Below are positions 1-12,314 of a stretch of DNA of 64,000 nt, piece by piece (positions within the stretch are counted from its first letter, which is position 1; the number at the start of each line of letters is the position of its first letter). The stretch lies in NCBI RefSeq assembly GCF_006345805.1, contig NC_043023.1, positions 15,004,001 through 15,068,000 on the forward strand, written 5' to 3'. This stretch comes from Octopus sinensis (taxonomy: Eukaryota). A program made the position numbers and the translations under genes. A model generated the notes under the pieces. It made no database searches. It was not told where the DNA came from and worked only from the letters and a program-made list of their open reading frames with translations.

Positions 1-209
1 TTTTTACCTCAATAGACGTCACTGATTGGTTGAAATTGCAGAAATTGAAGAAAAAACAACAATGAATATCTTACAAACTATAGAATTTTCTCAATAAAGC
101 CAAGAGAAAAAGATGTTTTATAAACACATTCTACCAGTATACGAAGTTTAAAGTGTTTAGTTACGTGGAAATTATTTTAAAAAACTGCCGTTCAAACCGA
201 AAAGATTCC
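1..209. mobile_element. partial copy of the same MITE at the window edge
   Basis: ends AAAAACTGCCGTTCAAACCGAAAAGAT. Confidence 0.8.
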
Positions 210-249
210 TCTCTTTTTATACTTTATCTTTTTCTCTTTTTAATTAAAA

Positions 250-593
250 AGGGTAAAGCCCCCCTTCGGTTATGAATGACCATGGGATTGCACCTAGAAA
301 GTTACCCTCCTAGTCACAAGTCCGGGCAAGGTTGTTTATTGAAGACCAGCAGTCGCCCATGCATACCGGCCTCCCCTCTCCACGTCACCGATGTTGTCCA
401 AGGGAAAGGCAAAGGGGCCGATACAGCTTGGCACCTGTGACGTCGCAACTCATTTCTACAGCTGAGTGAACTGGAGCAACGTGAAATGAAGCGTCTTGCT
501 CAAGAACACAACACGCAGCCCGGTCCGGGATTCGAGCTCACAACCTCACGATCGTAAGCTCGACGCTCTAACCACTGAGCCAAGCGCCTTCAC
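250..593 (-). mobile_element. tRNA-derived SINE (tRNA-Arg-like head)
   Basis: minus-strand A box TGGCTCAGTGGTTAGAGC, ACG anticodon-like loop, B box CTCGAATCCC, followed by ~270 bp of body; tRNA-Arg-derived SINEs are known in octopus, but family identity is unverified. Confidence 0.75.
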
Positions 594-627
594 TCTTTTT
601 AATTACATCTCTCTTTATTCTTAAATT

Positions 628-629
<2 letters not shown>

Positions 630-666
<37 letters not shown>

Positions 667-1550
667 TGTTTAATCTTCTCTCTCTCTCCTATTCTTATAC
701 CTGAATTTTTCTCCCTCTATTTTTCTCTCTCTCTCTCTCTCTCCCCTTTTCTCTCAACTTCACCCCTTTCTATATATGCTTACTCTTTTTACTCTCGCGC
801 TTCTTAAAACCTTAATTCCCCCTCTCTCTCTCTTTACGTTTAATTTTTCTCCTCACTCTCCCCCTTTCATATATCTGAGCTTTCCTCCTCTCTACGCTTA
901 CTCTTCCCCTCTCTCTCTCTCTCTCTGTCTTCATAATCTTAACTCCCTCCTCTCTCTCTCTCTCTAAATAACTTAACTTTCCCTCTCTATTTGCTTATGT
1001 CTGTAACCCCTCTCTCTTTATGCTTAATCTCCCCTATCTCTTTCTTCTGCTTTTCATACCTCAACTTTTTCACTTCTCTGTATGTTTACCTCCCACTCCT
1101 ACTCATACATCACATAACTTATTTCTCTCTCTCTCTCTCTCTCTCTGTCTTCTTAATCTTAACTCCCTCCTCTCTCTCTTTCTCTCTGTCTAAATAACTT
1201 AACTTTCCCTCTCTATTTGCTTATGTCTGTAACCCCTCTCTCTTTATTCTTAATCTCCCCTATCTCTCTCTTCTGCTTTTCATACCTCAACTTTTCTCCC
1301 TCTCTCTATGCTTACCTCCCACTTCTACTCGCTTATCATATAACTTATTCCCCTCCCTCCCTCTCTCTAGTAGATGTTTCAGTTTTGTATTCATCTGTAC
1401 CTCACTTTCCTCTCTCTCTCTCTCTCCCTCTCTCTGCAACTCCTTTTCTTTCACTGTCACTCTCATTTTTCTCTATCGTCCCTTCCTTTCTTTCCCTCGC
1501 TCTCTCTCCCCTTCATATACCTGAGCATTTCCCCTCTCTCTATCTTCTAT
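630..1550. repeat. CT-rich low-complexity tract with a 226-bp direct duplication
   Basis: 'ttgcttatgtctgtaacccc' at 991 and 1217. Confidence 0.85.
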
Positions 1551-2292
1551 TCTTTCACTTGTTTCAGTCATTGGAGGGTTTTAGTCGAACAAATCGATCC
1601 AGTGTTTTGTGAGCCTTACACTTATTTTGTTAGTGTCATTTACCGAACCACTAAGTTATAGGGACGTAAGCAAACCAACAGCGGTGGTCGAGCAGTGGAC
1701 ACACACGGAGTTGTAATTATGGAGTCAAACCAAATTAGTTTTTTTTTACTTGTTTCAGTCATTTGACTGCGGCCATGCTGGAGCACCGCCTTTAGTCGAA
1801 TCAAATCGACCCCAGGACTTATTCTTTGTAAGCCTAGTACTTATTCTATCGGTCTCTTTTGCCGAACCGCTAAGTGACGGGGGCCTAAACACACCAGCAT
1901 CGGTTGTCAAGCGATGTTGGGGGGACAAACACAGATACACAACATATACACACACATACATATATATATATATACATATACATATATATATACATATATA
2001 TATATACATAATAATGAAGGGTGAATTAATTAATTTGGAATAATTATCAATTACACCAAGTAGTCTTCGGCATGTAAAAGCCTCATTTGAGGAAAATTTA
2101 AGTAATACTAAGCAATAAGGGTTTAGCAACGAATTGCCTTACCACATACCGAATTTAGAATAGCAGTCAAAGGGTTATAGCTATTTCTTCTACTAAAAAG
2201 GGAGATCTCAGTAAAAACAGCAATTGGAAGGCTGACACAAACAGGTAAGAGAGAATGAATTAACTGCAATCTATCAAACATTTTTAAAGTTA

Positions 2293-2399
2293 TCCACGGA
2301 CGTACGTTTCGAAATCAAGTTTTTAGGAAAGCATAAGAATTAAATATTAAATATTAAATGATTCTATCTTACCGAAACTTCTTTTCTCTTCAGCGTGGA
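2293..2399 (-). ncRNA. type-I hammerhead ribozyme motif, copy 1 (intact core)
   Basis: minus strand: UCCACG-CUGAAGA-long stem II-GAAA-C-GUAC-GUC-CGUGGA; stem I 6 bp; stem II GAAAAGAAGUUU/AAACUUGAUUUC. Confidence 0.75.
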
Positions 2400-2893
2400 A
2401 TACTATAATCATAAATGATTATATATTGAATTTTGAGATACTAGGAGGCACCAACTCAACTCAGTATCAGAGCGAGCTAGAATCCGCAACTAGTATCACC
2501 GAATTCAAATTTGTGAATGAAACGATTGTGTCAACAGCCCCTTCCCACCCGCGTGTAGCCAAAACAAGATGCTGTGGTCATCTACTGAGATAAAATATGG
2601 TTATCCGTAATAATGAAGGGTGAATTAATTAATTTGGAATAATTATCAATTACACCAAGTAGTCTTCGGCATGTAAAAGCCTCATTTGAGGAAAATTTAA
2701 GTAATACTAAGCAATAAGGGTTTTAGCAACGAATTGCCTTACCACATACCGAATTTAGAAATAGCAGTCAAAGGGTTATAGCTATTTCTTCTACTAAAAA
2801 GGGAGATCTCAGTAAAAACAGCAATTGGAAGGCTGACACAAACAGGTAAGAGAGAATGAATTAACTGCAATCTATCAAACATTTTTAAAGTTA

Positions 2894-2998
2894 TCCACGG
2901 ACGTACGTTTCGAATCAAGTTTTTAGGAAAGCATAAGAATTAAATATTAAATATTAAATGATTCTATCTTACCGAAACTTCTTTTCTCTCAGCGTGGA
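2894..2998 (-). ncRNA. hammerhead motif, copy 2 (1-nt loss in CUGAAGA core and 1-nt loss in stem II)
   Basis: same sequence as copy 1 but reads CUGAGAG; could be a real mutation or an assembly indel. Confidence 0.5.
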
Positions 2999-3381
2999 AT
3001 ACTATAATCATAAATGATTATATATTGAATTTTGAGATACTAGGAGGCACCAACTCAACTCAGTATCAGAGCGAGCTAGAATCCGCAACTAGTATCACCG
3101 AATTCAAATTTGTGAATGAAACAATTGTGTAATTGATAATTATTCCAAATTAATTAATTTCACCCTTCATTATTACGGATAACCATATTTTATCTCAGTA
3201 GATGACCACAGCATCTTGTTTTGGCTACACGCGGGTGGGAAGGGGCTGTTGACACAATCGTTTCATTCACAAATTTGAATTCGGTGATACTAGTTGCGGA
3301 TTCTAGCTCGCTCTGATACTGAGTTGAGTTGGTGCCTCCTAGTATCTCAAAATTCAATATATTCATTTATGATTATAGTAT

Positions 3382-3486
3382 TCCACGCTGAAGAGAAAAG
3401 AAGTTTCGGTAAGATAGAATCATTTATATTTAATATTTAATTCTTATTATTTCCTAAAACTTGATTTCGAAACGTACGTCCGTGGA
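3382..3486 (+). ncRNA. type-I hammerhead ribozyme motif, copy 3 (intact core)
   Basis: TCCACG 3382-87, CTGAAGA 3388-94, GAAA 3469-72, C-GTAC-GTC 3473-80, CGTGGA 3481-86. Confidence 0.78.
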
Positions 3487-4149
3487 TAACTTTAAAATGT
3501 TTGATAGATTGCAGTTAATTCATTCTCTCTTACCTGTTTGTGTCAGCCTTCCAATTGCTGTTTTTACTGAGATCTCCCTTTTTAGTAGAAGAAATAGCTA
3601 TAACCCTTTGACTGCTATTTCTAAATTCGGTATGTGGTAAGGCAATTCGTTGCTAACCCTTATTGCTTAGTATATATATATACATATATACAAGGGGCTT
3701 GTTTCAGTTTCCGTCTACCAAATCTACTCACAAGGCATTGGTCGGCGCGGGGCTATAGCAGAAGACACTTGCCCAAGATGCCACGCAGTGGGACTGAACC
3801 CGGGACCATGTGGTTGGTTAGCAACTTCTTACATACAGCCACTCTTGCGCCTATATATATTATATATATATTATATATATATATATATATTATATATATA
3901 TACATATATACGATGGGCTTCTTTCTGTTTCTGTCAACCAAATCCACTCACAAGCCTTTGGTCGGCCGAGGCTATATAGAAGACACTTGCCCAAGGTGCC
4001 ATGCAGTGGGACTGAACCCGGAACCATGTGGTTGGTAAGCAAGCTACTTACCACACAGCCACTCCGATATTTTGAAATTTAATATGTATTTTTCAGGTTT
4101 GGCCTAGCTTGGCTTCATGTTCTTGCTTGATGGGGTTGGGGGCCATTCC

Positions 4150-4470
4150 AAATTAGTGGTTCCAGAGGGGTCATCATGTATAGATCCGATCGGGTCCACC
4201 AGTGCTTTTCATAATTGGTGGATCGTGCAAGCCCCTCTGCATTCTCCAAGGTGACGTCGAGCCTCTGGAGATCTTCCCCAATCAAATCCAGTCATTTGGC
4301 GCAAGGCCTGCCACGAGGCCTCTTCCAACCCGCAGCTACTGCATGACATGAGAGTTAAGTCCTGGTAGGATTATCTTGCGGGAGACGGAGGACATGTCTG
4401 TAACAGCGCATGCGATGGATAGTTATGAGGTGGGAGGCCTATGGATTGATGTAGACGCAATTCCTTGTTA
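4150..4470 (-). pseudogene. RTE-type LINE C-terminal relic
   Basis: GWKRPRGRP..*LDLIGEDLQRLDV translation with a stop. Confidence 0.6.
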
Positions 4471-4495
4471 ACCATCCTCAGTTAAAGTGTTGCAA

Positions 4496-4543
<48 letters not shown>

Positions 4544-4545
4544 TC

Positions 4546-4637
<92 letters not shown>

Positions 4638-5294
4638 TTTCAAACAATTTTATACATACATACACATATATACATAAAGAAAACAGAAAGTGGATATAAC
4701 ACTGATGAACAACAATTGATTTACTTCAATTATTATTTTGCCGAACCGCTAAGTTACGGGGACGTAAACACAACAGCATCGGTTGTCAAGCAATGTTGGG
4801 GGGACAAACACAGACACACAAACATATATACGACGGGCTTCTTTCAGTTTCCGTCTACCAAATCCACTCACAAGGCTTAGGTCGGCCTGAGGCTATAGTA
4901 GAAGACATTTGCCTAAGGTGTCACGCAGTGGGAATGAACCCGAAACCATGTGGTTGGTAAGCAAGCTACTTACCACACAGTCACTCCTGCACCATAATTT
5001 TACGAATTTTTTCACAAAATTCGCACAACAAAAACTTTTGTGAGCTTGTTAATTCCTCGTGAGTTGCTTAAATCCTCATCCCCCACTGTTATAATCCTTA
5101 TTATGTTGGATTGCTGTAACGCCCACTTCGGTATACATGGGAAGCACTCCGTCGGTTACGACGATGAGGGTTCCGGTCGATCCGAATCAACAGAACAGCC
5201 TGCTCGTGAAATTAACGTGTAAGTGGCTGAGCACTCCACAGACACGTGTACCCTTAACGTAGTTCTCGGGGATATTCAGCGTGACACAGACATA

Positions 5295-5676
5295 CTAGCA
5301 GTATCGCCCGGCGTTGCTCGGGTTTGTAAGGGAAATAACTATAAAGCATTTTTAGAGAGTTATAGCCAAAAAATAGCAAAAAAATGGGGAAAAAATGATG
5401 GTAAATTTTTTGAGAGTTAAAAAGGTCGAGTTGCGTCCCCTAGACAGTCTGTGGTTTGTGTTTCTGATTCTCGACCCCAAGTCGAATTTATCGATTTCTT
5501 TCAGAACTGGGGGAACTTTTCAAAATTTTTGCTGCGTTAATTTTGAATTATGACATTGGGCTATGAGTGTGTCAAGTTTCATCAGAATCGGTTGAAAGCC
5601 GTGGTCAGGGTGAGGGTACAACTTAACAGACACACAGACACACAGACAGACAAACTGCCGTTTATATAGAGAGAGA
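5295..5676 (-). mobile_element. non-autonomous Helitron-like element
   Basis: minus strand A|TC 5' end, GC hairpin CCCGAGCAACGCCGGG, CTAG|T 3' end, subterminal (GACA)n. Confidence 0.7.
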
Positions 5677-5868
5677 TTTAATCTCAGTTACGTTTGTATG
5701 AATAAACGAGTGTATCTGAAACGAAACATACACCGCCGGAAGTTGTTGTTGACAAACAACAACAGTAATTTTATTCAGCTAAATACACGTCATTGGTTGA
5801 AATTACCGAAATACGACAACTTTAACAAGAAATACCTTCCAAAATATAAAATTTTCTCAACAACTCAA

Positions 5869-6286
5869 GGTGCAGGAGTGACTGTGTGGTAAGTAGCTTG
5901 CTAAACAACCACATGGTTCCGGGTTCAGTCCCACTGCGTGGCATCTTGGGCAAGTGTCTTCTGCTATAGCCCCGGGCCGACCAATGCCTTGTGAGTGGAT
6001 TTGGTAGACGGAAACTGAAACAAGCCTGTCGTATATATTATTATATATATATATGTATGTATGTGTGTGTGTGTTTGTGTGTCTGTGTTTGTCCCCCTAG
6101 CATTGCTTGACAACCGATGCTGGTGTGTTTACGTCCCCGTCACTTAGTGGTTCGGCAAAAGAGACCGATAGAATAAGTACTGGGCTTACAAAGAATAAGT
6201 CCCGGGGTCGATTTGCTCGACTAAAGGCGGTGCTCCAGCATGGCCGCAGTCAAATGACTGAAACAAGTAAAAGAGTAAAAGAGTAA
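5869..6286 (+). mobile_element. SINE family A full copy (tRNA-like head, central TA/TG microsatellite, AAAGAGT tail)
   Basis: GGAGTGGCTGTGTGGTAAG...GGTTCAGTCCC head; near-identical copies across the window. Confidence 0.85.
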
Positions 6287-6919
6287 CGCCAAGAATAAAA
6301 GATGTTTCATGTGACACATTCTACAAGTATATGAAGTTTGAAAGTGTTTAGTTACAAAAAATTATTTTATAATCTGTCGGTCAAAAGGTAAAGATCCAAT
6401 AAAAATTGGTACAGATATACGAAAATTAGTTACCAAAAAAGTGATGCCAAACATCAGGAAGCAAAATAAAGATTAATTATATCACAGTTACCTGTAAACA
6501 TGTTGTATAACAGACTATCTTTTTTTATAGTTATTTTTCAGTAATATAGTGTTTTGTGGTCGTAATAAAATTCTGATATTGTTTTCAAAAAAATGACAGA
6601 AATGTTTGTTGTAAATGTGTATTTAAAAATATGCAGCCCTCATGAGAGTGATTGTCAAGCACCAAGGAAGCAAAATAAATATTAATTACTAACAGTTACT
6701 AGTAAACTTGTAAAATATGCTATCTTTTTTTTCTTACTTTTTTTTTTTTTTTTTGGTCTTGTTCAGTTTTTGCGATTGTAATAAAATCTGTCTGTACAAA
6801 ATTATTCTGACATCGTTTTCAAAAAATGACGGAAAATTTTGTTGTAAACGTAAGAATATGCGGTTCCCATGGCAACGGGTATGTAAACAATGCAATCCAC
6901 GGAGACTCTGCAATTTGAC

Positions 6920-8373
6920 TTGCCGACAGATTTAAAAAATAAATTTTTGTAACTAAACACTTTCAAACTTCTGACACTGGTAGAACGTTTCATATAAAAC
7001 ATCTTTTACTCTTAACGTTTTTGACAAAAACTTATATTTACGAAGTTATTTCACGTTAAAGTAGTCGCATTTCGGTAATTTCAACCAATCAATGACGTGT
7101 ATTCAGCTGAATAAAATTACTGCTCTTGTTTGTCAACAACAACTATCTGCGGTGTATTTTTTGTTTGTCGCTGTTATTTATGACAACCCTAACCCTAAAA
7201 TCGTAACCCTAACACCCTAACCCCAAAACCTTAACCTTAAAACCCTAACCCTAAAACCTTAAAGCTAAAACCAGTACAAACGCACGAACGATATCATAAA
7301 TAACAGTGACAAACAATAAATACACCGCCGATAGTTGTTGTTGACAAACAACAGCAGTAATTTTATTCAGCTGAATACACGTCATTGATTGGTTGAAATT
7401 ACCGAAATAGGTAATGTGTCATATAAAACATCTTTTACTCTTAGCATTTTTGACAAAAACTTATATTTACGAAGTTATTTCACGTTAAAGTAGTCACATT
7501 TCGGTAATTTCAACCAATCAATAACGTGTATTCAGCTGAATAAAATTACTGCCGTTGTTTGTCAGCAACTATCGGTGGTGTATTTTTCGTATCTTTTCGG
7601 TTTGAACGGCAGTTTTTAACATAATTTCTAGGTAACTAAAAAATTTAAAATTTCGTATACTGGTAGAATGTGTTTATAAAACATCTTTTTCTCTTGGCTT
7701 TATTGAGAAAATTCTATAGTTTTTCTTCAATTTCTGCAATTTCAACCAATCACTGACGTCTATTGAGGTAAAAAAAAACATTCTTGCCGTATAAATATGT
7801 CCCTCGTGTCAGAAAGAGATTGGGTTTATTTACATTTGTGAAGAAAAAAAGATATCCTTTCCCCCATCCCTAACCCTAACCCTAACTAGCCCTGAAACAG
7901 ATTGAAATGCAATAGATCGATACTAGGGTCATAATTATGGGTGACAATTTCATATGACACCGCTAGAAAAAACTGCCGTTCAAACCGAAAAGATCTTATT
8001 TTTCGTTTGTCACTGTTATTTATGACAACCCTAACCTTAAACCCTAACCCTAAAACCTTAACCCTAACCCTAAAACCAGTACAAATGCACGAATTATGTC
8101 ATAAATAACAGTGACAAACAAAAAATACACCACCGATAGTTGTTGATAAACAACAGCAGTAATTTTATTCAGCTGAATACACGTCATTGATTGGTTGAAA
8201 TTACCGAAATACGAGAACTTTAACATGAAATAACTTCATAAATATAAGTTTTTCTCAAAAATGCTAAGAGTAAAAGATGTTTTATATGACACATTCTACC
8301 AGTGTCAGAGGTTTGAAAGTGTTTAGTTACAAAAAATCATTTTTTATATCTGTCGGTCAAAAGGTAAAGATCC
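6920..8373. mobile_element. stack of long-TIR fold-back elements with central (AACCCT)n blocks
   Basis: ~200-bp inverted arms around telomere-like repeats at 7186-7265 and 8028-8075; another arm at 5690-6397 is split by a SINE. Confidence 0.75.
7589..7996. mobile_element. ~410-bp GGATC-ended MITE with 8-bp TSD (TATTTTTC), nested in a related fold-back element
   Basis: TIR ATCTTTTCGGTTTGAACGGCAGTTTTT; TSD at 7581-88 and 7997-8004; internal CCCTAA repeats. Confidence 0.85.
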
Positions 8374-8446
8374 ACCACAAGTAACAAGCATTTACAATTT
8401 ACGGTATTAACTTTAAAAAAGTTTTTTTACAAAATGTATTGTAACA

Positions 8447-8847
8447 TAGGCGCAGGAGTGGCTGTGTGGTAAGTAGCTTGCTAAACAACCACATGGTTCC
8501 GGGTTCAGTCCCACTGCGTGGCATCTTGGGCAAGTGTCTTCTGCTATAGCCCCGGGCCGACCAATGCCTTGTGAGTGGATTTGGTAGACGGAAACTGAAA
8601 GAATCCTGTCGTATATATATATAAGTGTGTGTGTATATGTTTGTGTGTCTGTGTTTGTCCTTCTAGCATTGCTTGACAACCGATGCTGGTGTGTTTACGT
8701 CCCCGTAAACACACCAAAAGAGACCGATAGAATAAGCACTGGGCTTACAAAGAATAAGTCCCGGGGTCGATTTGCTCGACTAAAGGCGGTGCTCCAGCAT
8801 GGCCGCAGTCAAATGACTGAAACAAGTAAAAGAGTAAAGAGTAAGAG
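8447..8847 (+). mobile_element. SINE family A
   Basis: same head/body/tail as 5869-6286, small internal deletion. Confidence 0.85.
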
Positions 8848-9172
8848 TATCCCATATATTTTAATTATCGCTGCTTACTGTGTTTCCAATTAATTCTTTC
8901 CTGCTCGACAAAGCTTTGCATACACCAGCAAATTCATTACTTACTGTTGAAATATTAAAAAAATAAAGTTCGGATAACGTGTTCGTATTTGGTAGGGCGT
9001 AACGACATAGAAACACGTGTCTTTCAGTGCGATGACGTCATTGAAAGCTCAGTGCTGTGTTTTTGGCAGACGTTGTCGGAAGGGAGAATCCCTCTTCCAA
9101 GACAGCGAAAGGCTTTTCCACGATTTAGTATAGATAATCGTGTACATTCAATTGTGGAATGATTGTACATAG

Positions 9173-9224
<52 letters not shown>

Positions 9225-9344
9225 TGTGTGTGTGTGTGTGTGTGTGTGGTGGGTGTGTGTGTGCGTGTGTGTGTGTGTGCGTGCGTGAACCAAACGACAG
9301 TTACAGAGAGATGACACATTGATAGATAAAAAGCGAGAGGGGTA

Positions 9345-9401
9345 GATACACAGACAGATAGATGATAGGTAGGTAGCTTGGTTGGTAGGTCGGTAGGTAG
9401 G

Positions 9402-9472
<71 letters not shown>

Positions 9473-9591
9473 ATAAATAGATAGATAGAGAGACAGACAG
9501 ACAGATATATAAATAGATAGATAGATAGACAGAAAGAGAGACAGACAGACAGAGAGACAGAGACAGACAGGTAGATAGATAGATAAATAGA

Positions 9592-9626
<35 letters not shown>

Positions 9627-9667
9627 GCAGGCAGACAGGCAGACAGAAGACAGACAGATAGATAGAC

Positions 9668-9714
<47 letters not shown>

Positions 9715-9777
9715 CAAACAGATAGATAGACAGACAGGCAGACAGACAGACAGACAGACAGGCAGACAGACAGATAG

Positions 9778-9830
<53 letters not shown>
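9345..9830. repeat. GATA/GACA/GA compound microsatellite (similar tracts at 12540-12724, 46298-46700, 56368-56825)
   Basis: direct inspection. Confidence 0.95.
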
Positions 9831-9833
<3 letters not shown>

Positions 9834-10272
9834 ACAGACACAATGAACCATATCTACGTGGAAGTAAATGTAACTGACCGTCAGATATACAAACAAATGT
9901 AAGCGAGCATTAAGATTGAGATACACAAATAGTGGCAGTTTGTGTGTGTGTCTGCGCGCGGTGTTTTGACTGTGCGTGCGTGTGTCTCAATGAAATATGT
10001 TTGCATATCCGTATGAGCAACAGGGCCATTAGACGTGACTAATTCAAAATCGATAAAATCAGCCGACACAACATCATTTCCAGTACCCCGTCACACACCA
10101 TCGCCAGTACGAGAACCGCCACCACCGCTGCCGCCGCCGCCATCACGGCTATTACACTATTGCATTTGATAGTGTTTTTTATTAGTATCATCATTATTAT
10201 TAGTATTTGTGTTTTGTTTTGTGACTCACGTTTATACAGTGATGAAGTGAGATGCCTGTTTTGTTTTGTTGA

Positions 10273-10690
10273 TTAAGACATGTTCAAGGATTGCCATTGG
10301 GAATGGCGTGACATCGCTTGAGAGGCGGTTGGATGGAACCTACACTCGCCTCCTTATGAGAGCTCAAAATCTCTCGTGGAAGCGCCATCCAACCAAAATG
10401 CAAATATATGGGAAACTACCACCTGTGTCATCTCTTGTGAAAGGTAAGAGAGTCCAGTTTGCTGGACATTGTCGTAGAGCTGAAAACGATGCAATTTCTA
10501 CTCTTCTCCACTGGAAGCCATCTACTCGCAATACCAGAGGGCGCACACTCTCCTACCCTGATGTAATCTCCAGGGATACAGGCATTCAGCAACAGGACCT
10601 CCGTAATGCCATGATGGACCGTGAAGTCTGGCGTAGCATGGTAAATTCCATTGTCTCGACCACGGTCGAACAATGATGAGTGATGATGAT
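10273..10690 (+). mobile_element. 5'-truncated RTE-X-like LINE 3' end
   Basis: ORF ...LDGTYTRLLMRAQNLSWKRHPT...FAGHC...MMDREVWR...STTVEQ* followed by (TGA)n tail. Confidence 0.8.
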
Positions 10691-10746
10691 TATTTTAACA
10701 CACACACACAAATGCACACACATACACACGGATAAGCATATGAAAG

Positions 10747-11638
10747 AGACCTTTACCTTTTGACCGACAGACTTAAAAAATAATTTTTTGTAGCTAAACA
10801 CTTTCAAACTTGGGACACTGGTAGAATGTGTCATATAAAACATGTTTTACTCTTAGCATTTTTGACAAAAACTTATATTTACGAAGTAGTTTCACGTTAA
10901 AGTAGTCCTATTTCGGCAATAAAATGGGCTTGCAGGCGAGGATTTCCCTACCCCTGGACTAAAAACTCTTCAAGGCGGGATCTTTCCCTTTGAACGGCAG
11001 ATCGAGAAATTAATTTTTTATAACTAAACACTTTCAAACTTTGAACACTGGTAGAATGTATCGTTTAAAACATCTTTTACTCTCAGCGTTTTTGAGAAAA
11101 ACTTATATTTACGAAATAATTTCACGTTAAAGTTCCCATATTTGGGTAATTTCAACCGATCAATGATGTGTATTCAGCTGAATAAAATTACTGCCGTTGT
11201 TTGTCAACAAGAACTTCTGGCGGTGTATTTTTCATTTGTCACTGTAATTTATGACAACCCTAACCCTAACCCTAAAACCTTAACCCTAACCCTAACCCTA
11301 AAACCCCAACCCTAACCTAAATCCTTAAAGCTAAAACCAGTACAAACGCACGAACGATATCATAAATAACAGTGACAAACAAAAAATACACCGCAGATAG
11401 TTGTTGTTGACAAACAACAGCAGTAATTTTATTCAGCTGAATAGACGTCATTGATTGGTTGAAATTACCGAAATAGGCCTACTTTAACGTGAAATTACTT
11501 CACAAATATAAAGTTTTTCTCAAAAATGCTAAGAGTAAAAGATGTTTTATATGACACATTCTACCAGTTTCCGAAGTTTGGAAGTGTTGAGTTACAAAAA
11601 ATTATGTTTTAAATCTGTACATCAAAAGGTAAACATCC
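10747..11638. mobile_element. composite fold-back element, copy 1
   Basis: half arm + ~60-bp spacer + full fold-back; diverged TSD TATGAAAG/CATGAATG. Confidence 0.75.
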
Positions 11639-11809
11639 CATGAATGCGAAAAAAAAGTGGAAAAAATAGAACTCGAATACCGGACATACAGTAATTTGAT
11701 TTTTATTATTATTAAAGCTGCAACACGACCGCCTGACGAACGGGAACATGAAACTTTGTGTAGCAGTCTTTTTGTGATGCTCTTACAGCTTGAATAATAA
11801 TAATAAAAC

Positions 11810-12213
11810 AATGAGTGGCTGTGTGGTAAGTAGATTGCTTACCAACCACATGGTTCCGGGTTCAGTCCCACTGCGAGGCACCTTGGGCAAGTGTCTTCTA
11901 CTATAGCCTCGGGCCGACCGACCAAAGCCTTGTGAGTGGATTTGGTAGACGGAAACTGAAAGAAGCCCGTCGTATATATGTATATGTATATGTGTGTGTG
12001 TGTGTGTCTGTTTCCCCCCCCCCCCGCCAACATCGCTTGACAACCGATGCTGGTGTGTTTACATCCCCGTAACATTAGCGGTTCGGCAAAGAGACCAATA
12101 GAATAAATACTATGCTTACAAAGAATAAGTCATGGGGTCGATTTGCCTGACTAAAAAGGCGGTGCACCAGCATGGCCACAGTCACATGACTGAAACAAGT
12201 AAAAGAGTAAATA
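11810..12213 (+). mobile_element. SINE family A
   Basis: same head/body/tail. Confidence 0.85.
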
Positions 12214-12314
12214 GTATATATAGATATATACACATAGTCGTCATGATCGATCGCTAAATCCACAATTTTTTTTTATTCCCTTTTTATTCTCTTTCTGTTT
12301 ATTTTCTCGTATTC

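Larger units (their letters stand above)
2009..3673. mobile_element. non-coding Penelope-like/retrozyme-like element: ~600-bp unit, tandem pair plus inverted copy
   Basis: 2009-2607 repeated directly at 2608-3130; 3127-3673 is the reverse complement of ~2105-2656; inserted in the (TA)n tract of a SINE; each copy has a hammerhead fold. Confidence 0.75.
1745..3851 (-). mobile_element. SINE family A copy split by the ribozyme-bearing element (3' half 1745-1945, head 3691-3851)
   Basis: both halves match the many other family A copies; the insertion sits in the central (TA)n tract. Confidence 0.8.

Noticed and set aside
515-593. tRNA gene (Arg-like cloverleaf)
   Set aside because: Runs straight into a SINE body; no proper acceptor stem or Pol III terminator. 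The same applies to the other SINE heads.
7186-7265. True telomere or chromosome-fusion site
   Set aside because: Short degenerate CCCTAA blocks always sit inside the same MITE/fold-back elements.
9029-9150. + strand exon after TCTTTCAG with open frames and a TGACGTCA site
   Set aside because: No recognisable product and no compatible neighbouring exons.
9024-9926. 300-aa LSIY-repeat ORF and similar ORFs at 21117, 29232, 46206, 56360
   Set aside because: GATA/CA microsatellite artefacts.
10087-10143. Signal-peptide-like MAAAAAVVAVLVLAMVCDG on the minus strand
   Set aside because: Arises from a degenerate GGC/GGT tract; weak donor and no linked exons.
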